A DNA stretch of 45,650 nt from a virus. The DNA lies in IMG/VR virus record IMGVR_UViG_3300020613_000010. The stretch is one strand, 5' to 3'. A program made the translations under genes and the position numbers. Positions 1-6,361 of this stretch are shown here, piece by piece; positions within the stretch are counted from its first letter, which is position 1, and each line of letters begins with the position of its first letter. Under the pieces are notes generated by a model. It did not search any database and was not told where the DNA came from. It saw nothing but the letters and a program-made list of their open reading frames with translations.

Positions 1-55
1 AGGCGCTCTACGGCATGGGCGACCCCGACGCCACCGCGCCCGCCGGGACTCCGGG
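1..55. repeat. Terminal overlap: identical copy of 45596..45650 (circular-assembly overlap)
   Basis: A base-by-base comparison shows nt 1-55 equal to nt 45596-45650. The junction falls inside an ORF. Confidence 0.95.
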
Positions 56-62
56 CTACTGA
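1..62 (+). CDS. 3' end of the beta-helix minor tail protein that starts at 44692 (wraps around the circular junction)
   Basis: The reading frame from 44692 continues through the 55-nt overlap (..QALYGMGDPDATAPAGTPGY) to TGA at 60-62. Confidence 0.75.
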   Translation, partial: ALYGMGDPDATAPAGTPGY

Positions 63-70
63 CCCGCCCT

Positions 71-101
71 AGCGGCCCCCGCCCACACGGCGGGGGCCGC
101 T
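71..101 (+). terminator. Stem-loop after the tail operon
   Basis: Perfect 13-bp stem AGCGGCCCCCGCC / GGCGGGGGCCGCT with a 5-nt loop, directly after the stop at 62. There is no U-tract. Confidence 0.6.
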
Positions 102-123
102 CCCCACACCCTAGGAGGCCACC

Positions 124-600
124 GTGCCCGCCCGTCTATTCCCTTCGACAGCCCCGCCGATCCGTCTGGCCCTCGGCGCGCTGTCCCTGTACGCCGCCAC
201 CCGCGCCGTCGCGTACGCCGTGCCCGGGCGCGACGTCCAGGACCCCCTCATCGCGGCCTCGTTTGGTGGCCGTCTCCTCCCCCTCTATGTGGCGTTGTGG
301 GCCGTCGCCGCCATCCTCTGCCTCTGGGACATGCGACGCCCCACGATCACCGGGTGGGGGCCACGCGCCGTCGTCGGCATGATGGCGCTCTGGGGCACCG
401 CCTACGGGGTCGCCTGGCTTGTGGCCCTCGTGGGCACCGAGCAGTCCCCACTCTGGTGGCAGACCGCCATCACCTACCTCGGGCCAGCCATCGTCATCGT
501 GGCACTCCTGGCCGTCCTCCGCGTCGTCCTGCAGACCATCGCGGAGCACCTAGACGGGGCCGCACCGGAGGCCCACGAACCCGGGGAGGAGGCCGACTGA
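124..600 (+). CDS. Membrane protein (about 4 hydrophobic helices), first gene of the lysis cassette
   Basis: GTG start preceded by AGGAGG. The translation is rich in hydrophobic helices with an acidic C-terminal tail. It sits upstream of the endolysin. Confidence 0.7.
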   Translation: MPARLFPSTAPPIRLALGALSLYAATRAVAYAVPGRDVQDPLIAASFGGRLLPLYVALWAVAAILCLWDMRRPTITGWGPRAVVGMMALWGTAYGVAWLVALVGTEQSPLWWQTAITYLGPAIVIVALLAVLRVVLQTIAEHLDGAAPEAHEPGEEAD

Positions 601-864
601 ATGGACGACATGTACATTGCCAGCATCGCGGCAACGGTCGCGGGTCTGGCGGGCGTCGTCGTGTCGAAGTGGCTTCCACAGCGGGGGACCACGGAGGACG
701 CGCTCATCGGCCGGCTCGCCGCCCGCCTCGAGGATGTAGAGAGCCGTGTGGGGGTCCTCGAAGCCCGAGAACGCGCGCTCCTCGGCTACGTCAGCGTCCT
801 CCGCTTCCACATCGACTCCGGGAAGGGACCACCCGCCCCGGACTGGCCGGAAGGACTCGTGTGA
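601..864 (+). CDS. Membrane-anchored coiled-coil protein (lysis-associated, function unknown)
   Basis: ATG lies immediately after the upstream TGA. N-terminal TM segment IASIAATVAGLAGVVV followed by a heptad-like helix. Confidence 0.65.
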   Translation: MDDMYIASIAATVAGLAGVVVSKWLPQRGTTEDALIGRLAARLEDVESRVGVLEARERALLGYVSVLRFHIDSGKGPPAPDWPEGLV

Positions 865-943
865 TTGACGCCGCGACCCCGTACGCACTACACCACCGGG
901 AGGCCGACGCCTCCCACCACACCACCACCACCACGGAGGAACC

Positions 944-1849
944 ATGAGCATCCCCGGTATTGGCCGCGTCCTGAAGAACGCAGGCATTGAACACACCCTC
1001 ACAGACGGGTGGAAGGACCGCGTATGGGTCCGCGACGGCAAGCCGTTCGACTGGGATGAGATCCGAGCGGTAGTTACTCACACCACGGAATCATCCCCGT
1101 CCGCTTTCCAGCGTGGCGAGGACGCCCCCACCCTCCAGTGGGTCATCAACGGGCAGGGCTACCACACCTACTCGCTGCTCATCGGGCGCAGCGGCCACGT
1201 CTACGTCATCAGCGCCCACCCCGGCGCGCAGGCCGGATACGGCGTCTGGCCGCACACCGGCAACGTCGGCTCCGTCATCCCCGAGGACCAGGGCAACTCG
1301 TACAGCCTCGGCGTGTCCATGGACGCCTCTGTCCAGTACCCGCCCACCCGCGAACAGCTCGAAGCCCTCGCCCGCGTCCTCCACGCCCTCCAGAACGAAT
1401 GGGGCGGCGGGCTGGAGATCATCGGGCACGGCGAATACAATGGGTGGAAGGTCCGCACCGACCCCACCGGCGTCCCCGGCGGCATGGACGCTGTCCGCGA
1501 CGCCGCCAAGCGTGGCACCTGGGAGAAGCCCGCCCACACGCAGGCCGCACCCGCTACCGCTCTGTCCTACGTCGTGCGCCCCGGTGACACGCTCTACAAG
1601 ATCGGGCGGACCTTCAGAGTCCCCGCGACCGTCATCGCACGGGACAACAAGCTCACCAACCCGGACGAGATCGTGGTCGGCCAGGAACTCACCATCCGGC
1701 CCGGCGTCCGCGTCCACGTCGTAGACAAGGGCGAGAGTTTCTGGGGCATCGGGCGACGCTACGGACTCACCCCCGAACGTCTCGCCGCCCTCAACGGCAA
1801 GACGATCAAGGACACCATCTACCCCGGCGACATCCTCCGCGTCGCCTGA
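944..1849 (+). CDS. Endolysin: N-acetylmuramoyl-L-alanine amidase-like N-domain plus two C-terminal LysM repeats
   Basis: RBS GGAGGA. Two clear LysM motifs (YVVRPGDTLYKIGRTF...GQELTI and HVVDKGESFWGIGRRY...PGDILRV). The N-domain carries His/Asp motifs (VTHTTES, IGHGEY..TDP). Confidence 0.9.
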   Translation: MSIPGIGRVLKNAGIEHTLTDGWKDRVWVRDGKPFDWDEIRAVVTHTTESSPSAFQRGEDAPTLQWVINGQGYHTYSLLIGRSGHVYVISAHPGAQAGYGVWPHTGNVGSVIPEDQGNSYSLGVSMDASVQYPPTREQLEALARVLHALQNEWGGGLEIIGHGEYNGWKVRTDPTGVPGGMDAVRDAAKRGTWEKPAHTQAAPATALSYVVRPGDTLYKIGRTFRVPATVIARDNKLTNPDEIVVGQELTIRPGVRVHVVDKGESFWGIGRRYGLTPERLAALNGKTIKDTIYPGDILRVA

Positions 1850-1861
1850 ACGGAGCACACA

Positions 1862-2185
1862 ATGAACACCGCAACACACGTCCTCTGGCAGTCCATCCTG
1901 AGAACCATCATTCCCGTCGCGGTTGGCGGCATCCTCGGCTGGTTCGCGTCCGCCGGGATCGAGCCTGACCCAGAGCTGGAGTCCGCCCTTGTCGCGGCCT
2001 TCACCGCCGCCGGGACCGCCATCTACTACGTGGCCGTCCGACTCCTCGAGGTCTACGTGTCCCCCAAGTTCGGATGGCTCCTCGGCCTGGCGAAGTCCCC
2101 CGACGGCTACTCCGAAGGCCCGCCCCCCGTCGGCCAGGCAGACGACGAGGACAACTACGACCCCCGCCACCGCGTCGCTGACTGA
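1862..2185 (+). CDS. Holin (two TM helices, charged C-terminal tail)
   Basis: 107 aa with two hydrophobic helices, then an Asp/Glu/Arg-rich tail. Located immediately downstream of the endolysin. Confidence 0.8.
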   Translation: MNTATHVLWQSILRTIIPVAVGGILGWFASAGIEPDPELESALVAAFTAAGTAIYYVAVRLLEVYVSPKFGWLLGLAKSPDGYSEGPPPVGQADDEDNYDPRHRVAD

Positions 2186-2198
2186 CAAAGCCAAACAG

Positions 2199-2237
2199 AC
2201 AGACTAACAATGCACATTGACAAATGTGCAAGTCTGT
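2199..2237. promoter_or_regulatory. Large imperfect palindrome containing TGCACAT-TGACAA-ATGTGCA (candidate recombinase core site or operator)
   Basis: ACAGACT..TGCACATTGACAAATGTGCA..AGTCTGT. The inner 20-bp perfect palindrome is at 2211-2230. A TTGACA hexamer lies in its centre. Confidence 0.55.
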
Positions 2238-2384
2238 CATGCTGCCCCGACGTGTGATACACTGGCACCACGAGACCGCCCAAGCCTCTCCACGATGCTC
2301 AAATGCGGCGCGCAGGACGACCGGAACTGATCAACCGGAGACGCCTGCGGTGAGGCCCGGCGACCGTCATGCCCCGGGAAAACG

Positions 2385-2437
2385 AAGGCCCCCACGATGA
2401 CCGCCGCACTGGCATGGTCATCGTGGGGGCCTTTTTT
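2385..2437. terminator. Strong intrinsic terminator, probably bidirectional
   Basis: Roughly 18-bp stem AAGGCCCCCACGATGACC / GGTCATCGTGGGGGCCTT followed by TTTTTT on the + strand. It lies between convergent genes (holin on +, 2463-3029 on -). Confidence 0.8.
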
Positions 2438-2462
2438 CGTGCCCGGGGTCAGCTTGCCGCGA

Positions 2463-3029
2463 TCACTGGTCGTCCACCTTCCAGGTCGGGGCGGAGATGT
2501 GCTCTGGAAACATGGCGGAGAGTAGCCCGTCGCCCTCGGCCTTGCGCCAGGCCCCGTACCACCACCCATTCGCGCCGAGCACGGCCTCACGGGCGCGATG
2601 GGCGATCCCGTCCACCTCGGCCTTAATGAACTTGTGACCGTCATTGGCGACGATGACGGTGCCGCACTTGGTGGGGAGCTCCGGGACGGTGCGGTGAGGG
2701 TTCGCCCTGCGGAGGGCAGTCACACCTTGCCAGCCCTTGTTGTAGATGTGCTGGGACGCGTCGTCCCAGCCCTGCTCACGGGCGGCTTCCACGCGGGTCG
2801 CCGCCTCGTCTACGTGAACGTAGTCCGTGTGGTCGCACTCGAACAGCCCAGCCGCGTCGGGGTGGTTGAGGGCGGCGGTGAGGACAGCGCGGGCGTCCCG
2901 TCGGCAGCCCTCCTTGTGGCGCTCGCTGATGGAGTTCCAGCCCAGGATGCCCGGGTTGGCTTCCTCCCATGCGGAGGACGCCCCCGCCTCAACCATCGCG
3001 TCGGTCGGTTCGATCTTCTTCTTGCTCAT
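2463..3029 (-). CDS. Hypothetical protein (188 aa), reverse-oriented gene at the lysis/early-arm boundary
   Basis: Internal ATG at 3029 (MSKKKIEPTD..) is preceded by AGGAGA. The longer ORF upstream to 3266 translates as junk. The sequence looks protein-like and shows no recognisable motif. Confidence 0.75.
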   Translation of the reverse strand: MSKKKIEPTDAMVEAGASSAWEEANPGILGWNSISERHKEGCRRDARAVLTAALNHPDAAGLFECDHTDYVHVDEAATRVEAAREQGWDDASQHIYNKGWQGVTALRRANPHRTVPELPTKCGTVIVANDGHKFIKAEVDGIAHRAREAVLGANGWWYGAWRKAEGDGLLSAMFPEHISAPTWKVDDQ

Positions 3030-3066
3030 CGTGTCTCTCCTTGGGTGGTACTTCGGTGGCGTCTCC

Positions 3067-3095
3067 ACTCTAGCGCGCGGTCCACGGCAAGTGAA
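3067..3095 (-). promoter_or_regulatory. Candidate promoter for the reverse gene (TTCACT-17-TAGAGT)
   Basis: Hexamers read on the minus strand with 17-nt spacing, about 35 nt upstream of the ATG at 3029. Confidence 0.3.
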
Positions 3096-3109
3096 GACTA
3101 ATACGGCGA

Positions 3110-3140
3110 ATGCCACAACGGCATGATTCTGCGGTACGAT
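3110..3140 (+). promoter_or_regulatory. Inverted repeat ATGCC-N5-GGCAT followed by a -10-like TACGAT 7 nt before the ATG at 3148 (possible leaderless promoter and operator)
   Basis: IR at 3110-3124 and TACGAT at 3135-3140. No properly spaced SD precedes 3148. Confidence 0.35.
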
Positions 3141-3147
3141 CAGGGGC

Positions 3148-3405
3148 ATGACTACACACACCGACCCCAACGTCCAGATCATCGAGAACGCCCGCCCGGA
3201 AGACGTGCGGCCCGGCGACCACATCGTCTGGGAGCACACCGAGACGTTCCGCGGCGTGACCCGCACCGTCCGCCGCGAAGGTATCGCTCATCACCGCGAA
3301 CAACTACTAGACGACTGGGTGACCGGCGACGATGGGCTCATCACGGACGGCGAGGGCGAGGACATCACCCTCACGATCCGCCGCCCGATCACGAAGGAGG
3401 GCTGA
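3148..3405 (+). CDS. Hypothetical protein, paralog of 11932..12174
   Basis: Shares VQ(I/V)IENA..DVR(P/S)GDH.., EGIAHH and a ..LTIRRPITKE(G/N) C-terminus with the second copy. Confidence 0.8.
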   Translation: MTTHTDPNVQIIENARPEDVRPGDHIVWEHTETFRGVTRTVRREGIAHHREQLLDDWVTGDDGLITDGEGEDITLTIRRPITKEG

Positions 3406-3412
3406 CCGATGA
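3366..3412 (+). repeat. 47-nt direct repeat (44/47 identical) with 12135..12181
   Basis: CACCCTCACGATCCGCCGCCCGATCAC (27 nt, perfect) plus AAGGAG..CTGACCGATGA. It covers the gene end, the RBS and the start of the next gene in both copies. Confidence 0.9.
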
Positions 3413-5241
3413 GCGCCCACGTCATCCACGCCGACTGCCTCACCGCCCTCCGCGACATGCCCGACGCCTCCGTGGACGCCGTTGTCACGGACCCGCCCTA
3501 CGGCCTGTCCAACACCACCCCCGCGCAGGTCGCGGACACCATCACCCGCTGGGTGTCCGGTGACCGCGAGTACCTGCCTTCAGCAAGGGGCTTCATGGGC
3601 CACGAGTGGGATGGCTTCGTTCCCCCGGTCGCCGTGTGGGATGAGTGCATGCGCGTGTTGAAGCCGGGCGGGCACCTGCTCGCGTTCGCCGGGTCCCGCA
3701 CCCAGGACCTCATGGGCCTCGCCGTGCGGCTTGCCGGCTTCGAGATCCGCGACTCCGTGGCGTGGCTCTACGGGTCCGGCTTCCCCAAGTCTATGGACGT
3801 GTCCAAGGCGATTGACAAGCTCAACGGGCGGAAGTTTGAGGACCGCTACGCCCTCGGACGGCACATCCGAGAGCGGCGTATTGCACTCGGACTCACCCCG
3901 GCAGACGTGAACGCGTGGTTCGGGTACAAGGACGGGTGCCAGCACTGGGAGAGGCAGGACCCATCCGGTGCTCGCGTGCCCACCCTGGCCGACTGGGCGG
4001 TCCTCAAGCCTCGGCTTGGGCTGTCGGACGAACACCTTGCCCTCGTGGAGCGGGTGGAAGCGGAGCGCGAGATTGTTGGGCAACGCGACGTGCCTGTGGG
4101 CCACGCATTCGCCGGGGTCACCTATGGAGGTGACTCCGCGAACAAGACCGTATCGATCACCGCTTCCCGCTCGGACGAGGGCAAGCAGTGGGAGGGTTGG
4201 GGGACCGCGCTCAAGCCCGCATTTGAGCCGGTCACCCTGGCCCGTAAGCCCTTCCGTGGCACGTTGGCCGCTAACGTCCTGGAGTACGGGACCGGGGCGC
4301 TGAACATTGATGCAACGAGGATCAGCGCCTCCACTTCTCCGGGTGCGTCTCGTAGTAGTCGCGGTGGTAGCACTTCCGGCACATCCCCCGAGCGCGGAGG
4401 CGGCCAAACGCCCCGCACCGCGAGCACTCCGCTTCCGGCTTTGTCTGCATCTTCACGCGAGGATCGTAATGACCCTCCTGCCAGTGATGACGGAGGTGTG
4501 ACGAGTTGTCCACGACTTCCAGGTTCTCGGGCCGATTGTCCGTCTTCACCTTGTTCTTGTGATGAACATGCTCATTCGGCTTCAGCGGGCGTCCGAGCAT
4601 CTGCTCAGCCACGAGCCGATGCTCTCGGACCTGACGCCCTTCGTGGAGAAGGGAAATGTAACCAGAGGAATCAATCCATGCCATTCTCTAATGGTACAGC
4701 ACCCCATGTTGAAAATAAAGGCCGCTGGCCCGCGAACGTGGTGCTGGACGAGTCCCAGTCCGCCGAACTTGACCGGCAATCGGGAATCACCCGAAGCAGT
4801 GTCCGCAAGCCGACAGGCAAGGATGAGCGCGGTGTCTCCGACACCGCATCACGCATGACTATCCGCCGGAAGGACTCCGTGCAGCGCGGAGTTTCCGACT
4901 CCGGCGGCGCGTCCCGGTTCTTCTACGTAGCGAAGGCCCCGAAGTCTGAGCGGCCCGTGGTGGACGGCACCGCACACCCCACCGTGAAGCCCATCGCCCT
5001 CATGCGGTGGCTGGTCCGCATGGTCACCCCGCCCGGCGGGACCGTGCTGGACCCGTTCGCGGGGTCGGGGACCACCCTGGAAGCGGCCATGCTGGAAGGC
5101 TTCAACGTGACCGGGATCGAACGGGAGGCTGACTACCTGCCACTCATCCAGGCGCGTATCGACCGGGTCACCGCTGAACTGGCGGCGCGGGCCGAGGCTG
5201 AGGGCGACACGCTGTTCCCCATCGACGGGGCAGCGTCGTGA
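3409..5241 (+). CDS. Beta-class N6-adenine/N4-cytosine DNA methyltransferase with an approximately 125-aa low-complexity insertion
   Basis: RBS AAGGAGG. DPPY at aa 28-31, GTGALNIDATRI, GRWPANVVLD, and the AdoMet motif VLDPFAGSGTT near the C-terminus. Codons about 305-435 are Ser/Pro/Arg/Gly-rich and lie antisense to the HNH gene. Confidence 0.85.
   Translation: MSAHVIHADCLTALRDMPDASVDAVVTDPPYGLSNTTPAQVADTITRWVSGDREYLPSARGFMGHEWDGFVPPVAVWDECMRVLKPGGHLLAFAGSRTQDLMGLAVRLAGFEIRDSVAWLYGSGFPKSMDVSKAIDKLNGRKFEDRYALGRHIRERRIALGLTPADVNAWFGYKDGCQHWERQDPSGARVPTLADWAVLKPRLGLSDEHLALVERVEAEREIVGQRDVPVGHAFAGVTYGGDSANKTVSITASRSDEGKQWEGWGTALKPAFEPVTLARKPFRGTLAANVLEYGTGALNIDATRISASTSPGASRSSRGGSTSGTSPERGGGQTPRTASTPLPALSASSREDRNDPPASDDGGVTSCPRLPGSRADCPSSPCSCDEHAHSASAGVRASAQPRADALGPDALRGEGKCNQRNQSMPFSNGTAPHVENKGRWPANVVLDESQSAELDRQSGITRSSVRKPTGKDERGVSDTASRMTIRRKDSVQRGVSDSGGASRFFYVAKAPKSERPVVDGTAHPTVKPIALMRWLVRMVTPPGGTVLDPFAGSGTTLEAAMLEGFNVTGIEREADYLPLIQARIDRVTAELAARAEAEGDTLFPIDGAAS
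4322..4684 (-). CDS. HNH homing-type endonuclease nested antisense inside the methylase ORF
   Basis: 120 aa: GYISLL..EHRLVAEQMLGRPLKPNEHVHHKNKVKTDNRPENLEVVDNSSHLRHH plus C-terminal CSRCG..GMCRKCYH. The local GC content drops at its 5' end. Confidence 0.85.
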   Translation of the reverse strand: MAWIDSSGYISLLHEGRQVREHRLVAEQMLGRPLKPNEHVHHKNKVKTDNRPENLEVVDNSSHLRHHWQEGHYDPRVKMQTKPEAECSRCGAFGRLRARGMCRKCYHRDYYETHPEKWRR

Positions 5242-6041
5242 GTCTCCTGGAAGAGCACCTCGCCGCGCTCCGCCGTGACCGCTACTCCGAAGCCACCCTC
5301 GACGCCCGCGAACGAGTCCTCCGCAGCATCCCCGACCTCGAACACCCCACACGTGAGCAGATCATGGACTGGTGGGAGGCCCGGCAGACACGCGAGGACG
5401 GCACCACCCGGGCCGCGTCCTCACTAGCACAGGACGCATCCCACCTCCGCGCGTTCTACAGGTGGGCCATGCAGCAGGACAAGGCTGAACGCAACGCCGC
5501 CGACTGGCTGCCCCGCGTCCGGCAGAAGAAGCCGGCGCCCACCCCCGTCACCGAGGCCGACCTGTACCGGATCATGCAGGACGCCGACACGCCCATGCGG
5601 CGCATGATCGCGCTCGGATCAATGGCCGGGCTACGGTCCGCTGAGATCGGGGCCGTCAGGTGGGGCGACCTCGACCACGGCAATGGCGTGCTGTGGGTGC
5701 GTGAGGGCAAGGGCGGGAAGGACCGCTCGGTGCCGCTGTCCGCCGGGCTGCTGGCCGAGCTCGGGGAGCCGGGCCGCCCGGATGAGCCGATCATCGGAAA
5801 GCCCATGACGGGCAAGGCGGTGTCGCAGGCGATCTCCCGGCACATGCGGCGACTCGGCGTGGACCTGTCAGCCCACAAGCTGCGGGCCAGGTACGCGACC
5901 CGGTTCCTCGCCGCGACGGGTGATCTGAAGGCGGCGGCGGATGCGTTGGGGCATGCCGACTTGTCGAGCATCAGCAGGTACGTCATCGCGTCGTCGGACA
6001 CGATGCGGCGGGGCGCTGAGGCGGCGGGGCGGATTGGGTGA
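5238..6041 (+). CDS. int: Tyrosine recombinase/integrase (short, XerC/D-like, no obvious arm-binding domain)
   Basis: GTGA overlap with the methylase. Catalytic pattern R (AGLRSAE), GKGGKDR, HKLRARY, LGHADL and SRY near the C-terminus. Confidence 0.9.
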   Translation: MSLLEEHLAALRRDRYSEATLDARERVLRSIPDLEHPTREQIMDWWEARQTREDGTTRAASSLAQDASHLRAFYRWAMQQDKAERNAADWLPRVRQKKPAPTPVTEADLYRIMQDADTPMRRMIALGSMAGLRSAEIGAVRWGDLDHGNGVLWVREGKGGKDRSVPLSAGLLAELGEPGRPDEPIIGKPMTGKAVSQAISRHMRRLGVDLSAHKLRARYATRFLAATGDLKAAADALGHADLSSISRYVIASSDTMRRGAEAAGRIG

Positions 6042-6084
6042 GCGGGAATGTGACGCAGTGTGACGCGCCCACTCAATGCGCGAC

Positions 6085-6114
6085 TTGCTCAACCTGCGCA
6101 GGTACGCCTATAGT
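6085..6114 (+). promoter_or_regulatory. Candidate promoter TTGCTC-18-TATAGT, 6 nt upstream of the ATG at 6121 (leaderless)
   Basis: Hexamers read directly from the sequence. There is no SD before 6121. Confidence 0.4.
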
Positions 6115-6120
6115 CATCCC

Positions 6121-6294
6121 ATGACCAACACCTACCGAACAGCAGAAGCAGCACGGATGCTCGGAGTACACCCCAGCACCCTCCGCCGCTGGGACCACAA
6201 GGGCATCCTCACCCCCAGCTACCGGACCCCCACCGGAGAACGCCGCTACACCGACGCCGACCTCGACGCCGGACGCAAGAACCCCACCGCCTGA
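6121..6294 (+). CDS. MerR-family HTH protein (excisionase-like)
   Basis: YRTAEAARMLGVHPSTLRRWDHKGIL..P..T..GERRY is the MerR/Xis-type HTH signature. The ORF could alternatively start at 6076. Confidence 0.7.
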   Translation: MTNTYRTAEAARMLGVHPSTLRRWDHKGILTPSYRTPTGERRYTDADLDAGRKNPTA

Positions 6295-6300
6295 CAACGG

Positions 6301-6338
6301 CACCCCCGCAACACCCCCGACTAGAGCCCCGGCACTAG
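6301..6338. repeat. Short direct repeats CACCCCCG x2 and ACTAG x2 in the xis-downstream spacer
   Basis: CACCCCCG at 6301-6308 and 6312-6319. ACTAG at 6320-6324 and 6334-6338. Confidence 0.6.
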
Positions 6339-6361
6339 CGCAGACACAAAGGAGTACAGCC

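Noticed and set aside
1-55. The 55-nt terminal repeat as a biological direct terminal repeat or cos end.
   Set aside because: It falls in the middle of a continuous tail-protein ORF, and its length equals a common assembler k-mer. It is more simply explained as a circular-contig overlap.
297-947. Alternative-frame + strand ORFs overlapping the lysis genes, for example 297-947 (216 aa), 1113-1724 and 1138-1587.
   Set aside because: They give Arg/Pro/Gly/Ser-rich junk translations in frames overlapping genes with clear membrane, amidase or LysM signatures.
4322-4684. An intein or group I intron as the explanation for the insertion in the methylase.
   Set aside because: The endonuclease is encoded on the opposite strand. 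The same-strand translation is low-complexity and has no intein splice-junction residues (no N-terminal Cys/Ser block and no C-terminal His-Asn plus Cys/Ser/Thr). The host frame is not interrupted by stops, as an intron usually would cause. An intron cannot be fully excluded without RNA data.
6076-6120. A longer start (ATG 6076) for the MerR/Xis-like gene.
   Set aside because: The extra 15 residues overlap the TTGCTC/TATAGT promoter-like hexamers and have no RBS. The conserved HTH begins right after M at 6121. It is kept as an alternative.
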